Counted from the stretch's first letter, positions 37,129-47,024 are shown. The stretch: 64,000 nucleotides of DNA from Nitrososphaeraceae archaeon (GCA_044870745.1 JBIOZE010000131.1:430-64429); one strand, 5' to 3'. Numbers and translations are program-made. The notes: a model not told the origin generated them from the sequence alone.

Positions 37129-39234
37129 TTAATAAATCACTGATAGATAAGTCGATTTGCAGTTTTGACATCTTTCTTGAGAAATTAAACATCTTATCCC
37201 ACATGAGGAACATACTTTATGTTTGTATAACAGTCTGTAGAAATGTAGATCATCGGCAGCTTTCAATGTGGCACTTGCATCATTACTAGGTACGTCAGTG
37301 AGATCAAGGTTTACTGAGAAACCGCCATTGAGTAAGCTATCAATTGTATTGCAAGATGAGCTTACGAGTTTCTTGTCTTCTAAAAGATCTTTACCCAGGA
37401 TAGTCATTCCTTGGGAATAACCCGCTAGCATTGCATCACTAGTTTGTTGTATCTTGCCATATTTTTCTGCATCTAGGGAAGCTAATCGATTTGCACTTTC
37501 ATCGACTACCATTGCTATTCCTATTGAATCCTCTCCTTGTTGCCTGCCATTATCGGCCACAACATCGGCAGCTGTTCGCAAAACCTTCAGCAAAATCTCT
37601 TCTCCATCTGTATCATGTCCTAAAATGTTATAAACTGATTCTCTTGTTCCTGTTAGATTTACAATGAGATTCGTCTTCCCAAGTTGCATAGATTGACTTG
37701 CCTGAGCAAGAGTCGGAAGTATTCCTTTTCTCATTATGTCAGAAATAACTTTCTTTCGAATTGCAAGAGCGGTCACAGCTGGTTTTAACATTAGTGCCAG
37801 CCTAGCTCTAAAATAGGTTTCATCTTTGTTCGATTGGTACGCGAGTCGTGGGAGATTTACTGCAAGAGACTGTAAGCTTATTGTCGAGCCTGAAGCGTCA
37901 TTAATTGTGTTTCTAAGAACTCCAGTATGAGTTCGTATCGCTCCTCTAGACACAGAAATCATGCCCCCGGCAAAGACTATGGATCCGATTATCGCAGAAT
38001 GTGAGAGAACTGAGTCGTGATCTTGGCAAATCAACTCAAGCCCAATGCTTGGTACTGGAGTATGCTCCACGTACCTAAGATAGCCTCTCAATAATCCTCC
38101 CACTATGTTGGAATCAATCTGACTTACTGGTACAGTGATTGTAACTGTAGGAGACCCAGTCGGCATATAGGATCTAGAAATAGATGAGGCAAGCAAGGTG
38201 GCTGCAAATGTTGATTCTATATTATCAGTGTTGAATTCAACTTTGTTGAAAATTGTGCTAATAAAATTATCAAATACTATTTCCGCATATGCCTCTCTGG
38301 ATAGAACTGATACCATCCTTGGAAATATTGTTAAGAGATCTTCCAATTTTGTGGGTGGTAGAATTCGGGAGACGTTCAGATATTTTCCTTTTGGATTGAA
38401 TCCATTTTCGATTAGGTCTTTCGAATCGTAGAATACTGTGTCTGGAACAAATCCCCAAAGACCGCTATTGGATATGTTCAGTTCACCAGAAAGGTGCATA
38501 TCAGTAATGTCCTTGGGCAGCGTATTGAACAGAAGATTCTCAGAAAAAACAGCGTGAGAAGCCTCTGCAAGTATATTATCAACTTCGCTTCGTCCACTAG
38601 AATTGCCGCTAAAGAGCTCGACTACGTCGGAAGTGGGTAACCCCAGCCTTGCTAGTTTGCTTCTGTACTCTTCAAAGCCATGTTCAATCAGAACCGAATT
38701 TACTGTTTCTCTTATTAATGATGAGGTAAGGTATGCTGTTTGGAATTTGTAGACTTTATTTTCTACTTCTTCGGTAATTTTATGCGCCTGTTCTAGAGGC
38801 ATATTGGCCTCCCTAACCAATGATTGTATTATCCTGTTTGAATTAAATTCTTCAATCGAATGTCTCGAAGTTCTCACATACATTTTGCCGCTCTCGATGA
38901 TTGATCTCTCTTCTATTTGCCTAGCGAGACTGAGGACCAGTTTTCCTAAATTAGTTATGGTGTACCTCCTTTCTGCCTTATTCAAGGCAACCAAAGACTG
39001 TCTTAGCAACTTTCGTAGATGATAGGCAAATTTCCCTGACTCCTTCTTAGATTTAAATCCAGCAAGGGATTTTAGCTCAGAATAAGTTAGGGGCCCTTTG
39101 GAATTTAGAATACGAAGAATATCAATTCTGTTTGGACTTGCCATAACAGAAAAAATCATCCTTACTCTTCTCGATGCGGTTTGAAGAACGCCACCTGGTC
39201 TAATTTCAGATTGAGATATAGAATCCTGACTCAA
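37129..39234 (-). CDS. wHTH + ATP-cone + degenerate class III RNR (NrdD)-like protein
   Basis: ArsR-type wHTH (SPNRIDILRIL...YHLRKL...YTITNLG), ATP-cone-like MYVRTSRHSIEEFNSNRI, NrdD-like LPKDITDMHLSGEL and AVNLPRLAY, CSSC...CQNC, no glycyl-radical RxxGY tail. Confidence 0.85.
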   Translation of the reverse strand: MSQDSISQSEIRPGGVLQTASRRVRMIFSVMASPNRIDILRILNSKGPLTYSELKSLAGFKSKKESGKFAYHLRKLLRQSLVALNKAERRYTITNLGKLVLSLARQIEERSIIESGKMYVRTSRHSIEEFNSNRIIQSLVREANMPLEQAHKITEEVENKVYKFQTAYLTSSLIRETVNSVLIEHGFEEYRSKLARLGLPTSDVVELFSGNSSGRSEVDNILAEASHAVFSENLLFNTLPKDITDMHLSGELNISNSGLWGFVPDTVFYDSKDLIENGFNPKGKYLNVSRILPPTKLEDLLTIFPRMVSVLSREAYAEIVFDNFISTIFNKVEFNTDNIESTFAATLLASSISRSYMPTGSPTVTITVPVSQIDSNIVGGLLRGYLRYVEHTPVPSIGLELICQDHDSVLSHSAIIGSIVFAGGMISVSRGAIRTHTGVLRNTINDASGSTISLQSLAVNLPRLAYQSNKDETYFRARLALMLKPAVTALAIRKKVISDIMRKGILPTLAQASQSMQLGKTNLIVNLTGTRESVYNILGHDTDGEEILLKVLRTAADVVADNGRQQGEDSIGIAMVVDESANRLASLDAEKYGKIQQTSDAMLAGYSQGMTILGKDLLEDKKLVSSSCNTIDSLLNGGFSVNLDLTDVPSNDASATLKAADDLHFYRLLYKHKVCSSCGIRCLISQERCQNCKSTYLSVIY

Positions 39235-39341
39235 ATGATCCCCGCTGCCGTTATCCTAATAACTAATTAAAACTACTTTGTAAATATTTCTTTACTAATA
39301 GTATAAACGAACGTATCTCAGCTGAACTTAGATTTGCTCTC

Positions 39342-39959
39342 TCATGTTTCTACAAGTACCTTGTTCGCTTCAACTAAAACTTCGCTAGTTACTTCCTCTA
39401 GCTTTTTAGCAACCGTAATACCCTGTGGAACCTCCGGTAATTTAGATTTCGTTTCCTGTTCGAGTAGCTCTTCCACTTCGCTGAGAATCTTCAATGAATC
39501 CTCATCCATCGGAGTTGAAATTTTACCCAGATCATCGCTTACACTGCAATTCATAAGGACTTCTGAAGTTGTATTTGTTACATTATTGATAAGCTCATTT
39601 GCAGTAGGAACAACTTTTGAAATGTCCCTTTGAATATCCTTAACCATTTGGACAGTCGGTGTAATAGTATCCATTATGTTCGCAAACTCGTTTATGGTCG
39701 AACATCTTAATACCACTACTTCAAGGGCGATACCCATGTTCTGGGTCGTGTGCTGTACCTTTCGAACGTTTGCCAATTCAGCAGCTAAAACTTTAGCACG
39801 TGCATTATTACCTGCTTTTATGCTTTCAGCTATTTGCTTTCGGAAATCAGAATCCATTGAAGAAAATTTCTTGTTGAGCAGCCTCAGCCGGGTGATTTGA
39901 TTGTTTACAACTTGGGTAGCATTAGTAAGTTCGTTCTGAAATTGCTTGTGCTGCTCCAT
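39342..39959 (-). CDS. cdvB: ESCRT-III / CdvB-family (Snf7) protein
   Basis: Helical hairpin with RAKVLAAELANVRK, LEVVVLR, C-terminal MIM2-like LPEVP. Paralog identity uncertain. Confidence 0.85.
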   Translation of the reverse strand: MEQHKQFQNELTNATQVVNNQITRLRLLNKKFSSMDSDFRKQIAESIKAGNNARAKVLAAELANVRKVQHTTQNMGIALEVVVLRCSTINEFANIMDTITPTVQMVKDIQRDISKVVPTANELINNVTNTTSEVLMNCSVSDDLGKISTPMDEDSLKILSEVEELLEQETKSKLPEVPQGITVAKKLEEVTSEVLVEANKVLVET

Positions 39960-40170
39960 TGAGTAAGAATTATTTCTGTCCGAATGTAAGGGTTATTGTT
40001 AGAGTCTATGGACCAGAGAGTGTCATAAAGCTAATCTATAGAAATTCTAGTAAAAGTGATAATTTTCACTTGTCCTGGTAGGAAGAAATAAGATGCCCAA
40101 GTCAATGGAGGAACAACAAGCGGCCGTATAACCAAACCAAACTTCCAACAAGGTACTTTATCAGATTTTG

Positions 40171-40566
40171 CTAGTGTTCTGGAACCTTTTGAAGCGATAG
40201 ACCATGCTTCTTATCATATCCTATCACCTTCACTTTCGATCCAATAGGCAAATCAGATGGCAATCTAACGCCTGGAAGAAAGCCTGAAGCTCTGATCGGC
40301 CCGTTATCTACCTGGAATACGACCCAGGCATAAGAATCGACATCTTCGAAGCCTTCAGGAGCTACTGCTTGTATTGTATGAGTGACAACACTACCGACTC
40401 CATTTAATTCAAGTAATTCAAAATCAGTTTTTGAACAAGCTGGACAATAATATACTGTTTCCAACATAATTTTACCGCAATTCTTACACTTGTTAGTTAA
40501 TATTTTTCCGTTTAATGCAGATTCTATGAATCTAGTATGAGTATTAGTTGGTGGTTGATCTTGCAT
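40171..40566 (-). CDS. DUF35 Zn-ribbon/OB-fold thiolase partner
   Basis: CKNCG...CPAC, GVGSVVTHT, OB-fold, immediately downstream of the thiolase. Confidence 0.9.
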   Translation of the reverse strand: MQDQPPTNTHTRFIESALNGKILTNKCKNCGKIMLETVYYCPACSKTDFELLELNGVGSVVTHTIQAVAPEGFEDVDSYAWVVFQVDNGPIRASGFLPGVRLPSDLPIGSKVKVIGYDKKHGLSLQKVPEH

Positions 40567-40586
40567 TGCTCTTTACAGTCTCCAGT

Positions 40587-41744
40587 TTAGACTTTTTGAA
40601 ATATGTGAACGGCGGCGCTTGCACCGGTAGCTCCAAAATTATGTGTCAGAGCAATTTGTGCGTCCTTTACCGTTCGATCTCCCGCTCCTCCTGTGAATTG
40701 CTCGAAAACTTCTACGACCTGCCCTATGCCAGTAGCTCCTATGGGATGTCCTTTAGATTTTAATCCGCCCGATGGATTTATCGGGATTCTGCCGTCTCTT
40801 CTTGTTTCTCCCTCCCTTGCTCCCTGTGCACCTGTTCCTTTTTTGAAGAAACCAAGATCCTCTACGTCAATAATCTCTGCAATTGTAAAACAATCATGGA
40901 CTTCTGCAAAATCGATATCTTTTGGCTTCACTCCAGCCATGTCATAAGCTTGCTTCGCAGCTGCAACCGTGCTTGGAATCGTTGCAATATCTTCTCTTCC
41001 TTGGACAGCCGCTGGTGAGGCACCTCTCCCAGACCCAATTACCTTAACGTAAGGTTTCCCGGATTTCTTGGCAAATTCCTCCGAGCATAGTATCACAGCA
41101 GAAGCTCCATCCGAAAATGGGCAGCAGTCAAAAACTTTTAGCGGCGAGGCCACAACTGGAGAATTCAAAACATCATCAACTGTGATCCTTTTTCTAATAT
41201 GCGCCTTCGGATTGAGGATTCCATTCTCATGATTCTTTACTGCAACATGTGCCAAGTCTTCTTCTGTTGCTTTATACTTAGTCATATAGGCGCGAGCAAT
41301 AGAAGCAAATAGCCCTGGGAATGAAGCGCCATTGCCACCTTCGTAGAAAAAATCCGAGCAATACGAGAACAGAGTTGTGCTCTGAGCCGTTCCTGTGTGA
41401 GTAACTTTTTCAACACCCAAGGCGAGGATGCAGTCATAGAATCCAGCTTTGACATTAGCGTAAGCCTCTCTAAACATAACAGAGCCCGACCCGCATGCTG
41501 ATTCAATGGTTAGACCTGGGACCTCGGGGATTCCGAGATTGCTCATTAACACTGGTGCCATGTGAACTTGCTTATCGGCAACTCCAAAGACATTAGAAAT
41601 ATATCCTGATTGTATTTGCTTTGGTGTTATTCCGGCGGAGTCAATAGCTCCTTTAGCGGCATTTAATGCTATTTCGATTATGTCCTCGTTAAGCTTGCCG
41701 TATTTAGTACTGCCCGCACCAAGAACACATACACTATTTGTCAT
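40587..41744 (-). CDS. Acetyl-CoA C-acetyltransferase (archaeal thiolase)
   Basis: ESACGSG active Cys, AEVHDCFT, NPSGGLKSKGHPIGATG, HNFGA. Confidence 0.95.
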   Translation of the reverse strand: MTNSVCVLGAGSTKYGKLNEDIIEIALNAAKGAIDSAGITPKQIQSGYISNVFGVADKQVHMAPVLMSNLGIPEVPGLTIESACGSGSVMFREAYANVKAGFYDCILALGVEKVTHTGTAQSTTLFSYCSDFFYEGGNGASFPGLFASIARAYMTKYKATEEDLAHVAVKNHENGILNPKAHIRKRITVDDVLNSPVVASPLKVFDCCPFSDGASAVILCSEEFAKKSGKPYVKVIGSGRGASPAAVQGREDIATIPSTVAAAKQAYDMAGVKPKDIDFAEVHDCFTIAEIIDVEDLGFFKKGTGAQGAREGETRRDGRIPINPSGGLKSKGHPIGATGIGQVVEVFEQFTGGAGDRTVKDAQIALTHNFGATGASAAVHIFQKV

Positions 41745-42008
41745 TTATTGGAAAATAGTCCAGAGAATATAAAAAGGTTAGACAATATTGATGTGAATTG
41801 TAAAGTCATTGATAGTATTTAGTAATGAATCGTTAATATAAATTCAAGTTTTGAGTTTTAACACCTTCCCATCTTTCACACGCCAAATGTACCCTGAAAA
41901 TTTGCTTAATCGAAATTAATCTGTGGCCTACTACTAGATAGAATCGATGGAAAGCTAAAATTTCCCGTCATGTTTACTTTGTCGTGACGCGGTAATCAAC
42001 TTGGTTAC

Positions 42009-44141
42009 ATGCAAATGAACACCATATCTGGAATCTATAAGCTTGTAATTTGTGAAAAGCCTGCAGCAGCAAGAAGGCTTGCAGCGATTCTAGGTGATAA
42101 AAGCATCCGAGCAATAAATACTCGATCCCGAGTGCCAATTTTTGATACAGAATCAAAGTCTATGGAACACTACGTCATTTGTTCGGCCCTGGGTCATCTG
42201 TATAGTTTGGTTCCTCTGGAAAAGAATCGCAGAACCTATCCTGTATTTGACTTAAAATGGAGCCCAAAGCGTCTTGCTAGTTCTAGGAATTGGACCAGAA
42301 TAGACCTGATCTTAGCAGAAATATCAGAAGTTTCCAAAAGGGCTTCAGGATTCATTCACGCATGTGATTACGATATTGAAGGAGAGCTTATTGGTTACAA
42401 CATATTACAGTATACTTGCAAAAATAAATATTCGGAATCTAGGCGAGCAAGATTCTCAACACTTACTGACGATGAAATCAAGAAAGCCTTTGAAAATCTA
42501 ATTGAACCAGAAGTTCGACTAGCCAATGCAGGAAAAACTAGGCACAATCTTGATTTTGTCTTTGGAATAAATCTATCCCGGGCGCTTTCAAATTGTTTCC
42601 TAAATCACAGAGACTACAAAAGATACACAAACATCACTATAGGGCGAGTGCAAGGTCCAACCTTATTTCTAGTTGTTGGAAGAGAAATTGAAATTAATTC
42701 CCATGTTCCAGAACCCTATTGGAATGTACTTGCAGATCTTAGCATATCCGGTAAGATAATTAGGGCTACTTACTCGCCAAAAATTATTGCAACTCTTACT
42801 GAGGCTACAACTGTAGTAGATGAATGCAATGAACAGGATGGTGTTGTAAAGGATGTTAGCATGAAAAATAAATCTGTCATTGCCCCGCCCCCCTTTGATC
42901 TGGGTGAACTACAGAAGAATGCCTATCGCGCATTTAGAATTACCCCTAGCGTAACCCTGTCTGTAGCAGAATCACTTTATCTTGCTGCATTAATTTCTTA
43001 TCCGAGGACTTCAAGTCAGCGACTACCAAAATCAATAGGCTACAAAGAGATTCTGTCAAAACTATCTAGTAATTATGGCGAATATCGTGAAAGTGCAAAT
43101 TCTTTGATCAATAAAGAGAATCTCTTACCATCAAATGGTCCCAAAGATGATCCGGCCCATCCGGCAATTTACCCGACGGGAGAGAGATCGAAGAAGAAAT
43201 TGAACACTCTTGAATCCAAAATCTACGATTTAATAGTAAAGAGAATCATGGCAACATTTGGATCACCGGCAACTTGGCAAGATTCAACAATAGTATTCGA
43301 TGTGAGAGGTCATTCGTTCATCGCTGAAGGCAGAAAACTAGTCCAGGAAGGGTGGATCAAATTCTATGAGCCATATTTTCATGTGTCAGAATCATTCTTA
43401 CCACAAGCAAGTAATGGGGATGAAGTTAAGGTTCAGAAAATCTGGAGAGTCGAAAAATTTACACAGGGTCCATCTAGATATAATCAGGCTACATTGTTGG
43501 AGGCAATGGAAAGGAATGGACTTGGCACAAAATCTACCAGGGCCGAAATTATCAGTACCTTAATCAAGCGAACTTATGTTAGTCAAGGAAAATCAGGATT
43601 CGAGGCCACAGAACTGGGCTTTGCAGTAATTAAAGTCATGAAAAAGTTCATTCCTTCTGTAATATCCACGGACTTGACAAAGACATTCGAAGAGCAGCTC
43701 GAAAAAATTGAAAGTGGCAAGATGAAGGATAAGGAGGTTATGGATAAAGCTGTCGAAGCTTTGCGGTTGGTGATTGAAAAAATCAGAACTAATGCGTCTA
43801 CAATCGGAAAAGAGCTCACTGACGCTGTTGAGAGAACGAACAGAGAAAATCTAGCTTTGGGGATGTGCCCACTTTGTCACAAGGGCAGCTTGTTAATTAT
43901 TAGATCACCAAAGACAAGAAAAAGATTCATTGTATGTTCCCAAAATAGAGTAAGTGGCTGTAAGGCATCTGCGCCCCTGCCGCAGAGAGGCAAGTTATTG
44001 ATAGACAAAAGACCGTGCCCCAAGTGTGCTTGGCCAACTTTGACCTGCTACTATCGGCGGGAAAAAACGTGGAATTTTTGCGCCAACGCAAAATGTCTAT
44101 CAAGGGTTAAAAGTCGCAAGTCCAAGCCTTTAGAGCCTTAA
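42009..44141 (+). CDS. topA: Type IA DNA topoisomerase (archaeal TopA/Top3) with C-terminal Zn ribbons
   Basis: ICEKP, DYDIEGE Toprim, GRVQGPTL, catalytic Tyr in LISYPRT, GLGTKSTR. Confidence 0.95.
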   Translation: MQMNTISGIYKLVICEKPAAARRLAAILGDKSIRAINTRSRVPIFDTESKSMEHYVICSALGHLYSLVPLEKNRRTYPVFDLKWSPKRLASSRNWTRIDLILAEISEVSKRASGFIHACDYDIEGELIGYNILQYTCKNKYSESRRARFSTLTDDEIKKAFENLIEPEVRLANAGKTRHNLDFVFGINLSRALSNCFLNHRDYKRYTNITIGRVQGPTLFLVVGREIEINSHVPEPYWNVLADLSISGKIIRATYSPKIIATLTEATTVVDECNEQDGVVKDVSMKNKSVIAPPPFDLGELQKNAYRAFRITPSVTLSVAESLYLAALISYPRTSSQRLPKSIGYKEILSKLSSNYGEYRESANSLINKENLLPSNGPKDDPAHPAIYPTGERSKKKLNTLESKIYDLIVKRIMATFGSPATWQDSTIVFDVRGHSFIAEGRKLVQEGWIKFYEPYFHVSESFLPQASNGDEVKVQKIWRVEKFTQGPSRYNQATLLEAMERNGLGTKSTRAEIISTLIKRTYVSQGKSGFEATELGFAVIKVMKKFIPSVISTDLTKTFEEQLEKIESGKMKDKEVMDKAVEALRLVIEKIRTNASTIGKELTDAVERTNRENLALGMCPLCHKGSLLIIRSPKTRKRFIVCSQNRVSGCKASAPLPQRGKLLIDKRPCPKCAWPTLTCYYRREKTWNFCANAKCLSRVKSRKSKPLEP

Positions 44142-44143
44142 TA

Positions 44144-44998
44144 CTAGGCAAGCAAGTTATCGAAATCATGATAGGCATCAATTCGTCTATTACTTAACAA
44201 GGGCAATGATTTTCTTACAGACTTTATGCGATTGAGATCAATTTCGATGATTTCTAGACCCTCCTTGGCCCCCATATCTAATAATGTAATGCCAAAAGGA
44301 TCAATTACCATGCTTCTACCTGAAAATATGTTTCCAACCTGATCTGGAGCAATAACGAAGCATCCATTTTCAATAGCTCTTGCTTTGAGCATTACCTGCC
44401 AATGTTCTTCTTTCATAACTCCCTGCACCCATGCAGACGGAATTGCAAGTATTTCAGCTCCTGCCAATGCCAATATTCTTGACATTTCAGGAAATCGGAT
44501 ATCATAGCAAATCATTAGTCCAATTTTCCCCACGGTACTTCTAAATGGCTGAATTATCTTGTTTCCACTGGCAAGTTTGTCGGACTCTTTGAATCCTAGG
44601 GCATCATAAAGATGGAGCTTTCTGTATACTGATTTAACTTGCCCTTGATTTGTTATCATGACTGCGGTATCTGAAACCCTATCATTATGATACTTGGATT
44701 TATTTTGTTCATGCTTTAGATTCTCATAAATAGTAGCTATAACATTTAGCCTAGAGCGTCTCGCTTCTCTACAGAGGGTAGAGATGAATTCCCCTTTGTG
44801 GACATTCTCCGCAATTGATAAAAGCTCATTGGCTGACTGTTCAATAGGAGAATAGGCCATTTGAAATTCGGGAAAGCATATTAGCTGCGCGTTTTTCTTT
44901 GCGGCTTCTTTAATGTAATCGATGGACTTTTTGAGATTCTCACTCTTGTTTGTTGAGGACTTCATTTGTATTAGTGCGATCTTACAAGTATAGGTCAT
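44144..44998 (-). CDS. Carbon-nitrogen hydrolase (Nit1-like amidase)
   Basis: FPE, YRKLHL, ICYDIRFPE triad, ARAIENG. Confidence 0.93.
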   Translation of the reverse strand: MTYTCKIALIQMKSSTNKSENLKKSIDYIKEAAKKNAQLICFPEFQMAYSPIEQSANELLSIAENVHKGEFISTLCREARRSRLNVIATIYENLKHEQNKSKYHNDRVSDTAVMITNQGQVKSVYRKLHLYDALGFKESDKLASGNKIIQPFRSTVGKIGLMICYDIRFPEMSRILALAGAEILAIPSAWVQGVMKEEHWQVMLKARAIENGCFVIAPDQVGNIFSGRSMVIDPFGITLLDMGAKEGLEIIEIDLNRIKSVRKSLPLLSNRRIDAYHDFDNLLA

Positions 44999-45557
44999 GG
45001 TACTAATTTGCCCAACTCTATTATCGACGTATTTGGAGTCGCTGATTAGAACTATATGTTTACCGATGTCTATGTGATTTTGATTATTACGAACAGTAGT
45101 TCGTGTATGAAGGTTTCAAGAGTTTTACTAGCCCTAGATTGTCTTCTGCCACATATATCAGAGTGAAAATAGAAATTCTAGACCCAAATTTGGCTTGCAA
45201 GGTGACAGGGTTCGTGACTCCATCCACTTGCTTGCATTATTAGAACAAGTCATACCTTTTACGGGCCAATTACCGGGTTCTTGTTCTCTTATTTGCAGTT
45301 GGTAAATATTCACAGTTGCTGTAATAAATGGAAAAAAATTCATCATAATCCAAATTAGAAAAGTGTTCACTCTCCTAAGCGGCTGAAAGGGTAATATACA
45401 TTTCGCCTGTAAGAAGTGTATTTTCCCACAAATTAGAAAGTAGGTAAAGTATCATCCAGGTGGATACAAAGCAGACCCTAAAGGCACACTAACATCCGTT
45501 ATAACTTCTTAAGTTCCTAAAAATAGATCTATGGGTTAACAATATGCAAAGACGAAA

Positions 45558-45926
45558 TTAGTTCTCTCTATCTGCTGCATAAATTTTCTTCTTGACTGAA
45601 TATCCTCTCTCTTCTGAGAAGTACCAATTTTTACTACATATTGTGCAAGTAATCCGATTGTCTTCGCTCACTTGTTCAAGCTCATAGTGGCTACATCGGA
45701 TTTGAAATTCGTGTTTGAATGTTTCCATTTCCCTTATTGCATCTATATTCCGAGTAGAATTTTCAGACAAACCTGATAGAAAGTCGACACTCATGGGTAT
45801 TAACTTTCTTTTGATGAACAGGCTGGCTCTTGCTGAGGGGTTCCAACTGGGGATCACCCTCACATAGCTTACTCTGCAACCTTGATCCAATTGAGCCGGA
45901 GCTAGGAGCTCAGTATGCGAAATCAC
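45558..45926 (-). CDS. Hypothetical protein with Cys/His cluster
   Basis: CSH...CTIC near C-terminus. True start uncertain and may be downstream of 45926. Confidence 0.5.
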   Translation of the reverse strand: MISHTELLAPAQLDQGCRVSYVRVIPSWNPSARASLFIKRKLIPMSVDFLSGLSENSTRNIDAIREMETFKHEFQIRCSHYELEQVSEDNRITCTICSKNWYFSEERGYSVKKKIYAADREN

Positions 45927-45968
45927 TTTTTCTTTAATTTCATATTAGGGGCAGTGTATCTTATAGCA

Positions 45969-46082
45969 TTGAAAAACTGTCCTATATGTGGGTGTTCTGA
46001 ACACAAACTATTCGGTTGTGCAAGACATTGGGCTAGTCACAAGAAAAATAAGGACGGATTATGTGAACCAAAAGCGTCGTAG
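45969..46082 (+). CDS. Zinc-knuckle (CCHC) microprotein, 37 aa
   Basis: Not in track. TTG start, MKNCPICGCSEHKLFGCARHWASHKKNKDGLCEPKAS*, exact C-x2-C-x4-H-x4-C. Confidence 0.6.
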   Translation: MKNCPICGCSEHKLFGCARHWASHKKNKDGLCEPKAS

Positions 46083-46100
46083 CACTCAAGTTCCAAATCC

Positions 46101-46703
46101 TTACTTTATCTCATAAAGGGCGACCGATAGTTTAAAGGCCAAAGTTTCATCAGTTTGCTCTGCAATAGGGACGACATATTTCTGAGTCTCCACTTTGTAA
46201 CGCATTGCTTTCTCCTTTGTAATTATGTTTTTAAAGAATCGCACGTTGTCCAGCCTGTCAGCGAGTTTAATAAGTCGAGAAGTCTTTGAGCTCTTTGAGA
46301 TATTTTCAAAATACGATTCAAGATATTGGTCTCTGTCTTCTTTCGCACTCGTAGGCTCGGTTAAGGTTTGTACTATACGTGAGACATCTTCGCCAAAATT
46401 TTCTTTTAGGTAATCGATTTTGGACCTATCAAGCTCGCCCCCTCTTTCTACTACATCATGAAGAAGCGCCGCACATATGGTATCTACATCGTGGATTTTT
46501 AGCTCATCAGATAAGATAAGGGCAACTTTTAAGGCATGATTGATGTAAGGTTCTTTTGTCCCATTCCTTGACTGGCCAGAGAGTAGCTCTCCTGCGGTAC
46601 TAAATGCGCGGGTTATCTTAACGACATCGTCTGTATTCTCCTCGAATTGTTTAACAAGTCGAGAAAAAGCAATTTTTGTATATTCGTTAAGACTCCAATT
46701 CAT
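46101..46703 (-). CDS. HD-domain protein, Mesh1/small alarmone hydrolase-like
   Basis: PYINHALKV, AALLHDVVE, FGEDV...V..LT, IKLADRLDN. Confidence 0.88.
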   Translation of the reverse strand: MNWSLNEYTKIAFSRLVKQFEENTDDVVKITRAFSTAGELLSGQSRNGTKEPYINHALKVALILSDELKIHDVDTICAALLHDVVERGGELDRSKIDYLKENFGEDVSRIVQTLTEPTSAKEDRDQYLESYFENISKSSKTSRLIKLADRLDNVRFFKNIITKEKAMRYKVETQKYVVPIAEQTDETLAFKLSVALYEIK

Positions 46704-47024
46704 AAATATGTCTCGTGCAAATAAATTAATAATTAGGTCACTTAAAAAAATTATTGATTCGGGTTAAAGAAATTCCTACGATGTCATTTCATTTTTGCTC
46801 AAATAATTCCTTCATTACAAAGAATTTGCCAAATGACGAAATGATTCTTTATTTGTGACTCGGTGAATTAGTTGTCTCTATTGATTCTATAGAGATTTTC
46901 AAGTATCGTTAGGGCAGTGGTTGGTGACGACGTGGCAATAAGATACGAGCGAAAAGTTGCTGTTGTCTAGCCTTTTTTAATCAAAACTAAATAATTTCCA
47001 ACTCGATGCCAGTTATAATGGATA

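Noticed and set aside
45158-45370. 70-aa ORF with VKGMTCSN, reminiscent of an HMA copper-chaperone motif
   Set aside because: Second Cys is absent (CSNN), flanks do not fit the ferredoxin-like fold, and there is no convincing promoter or start.
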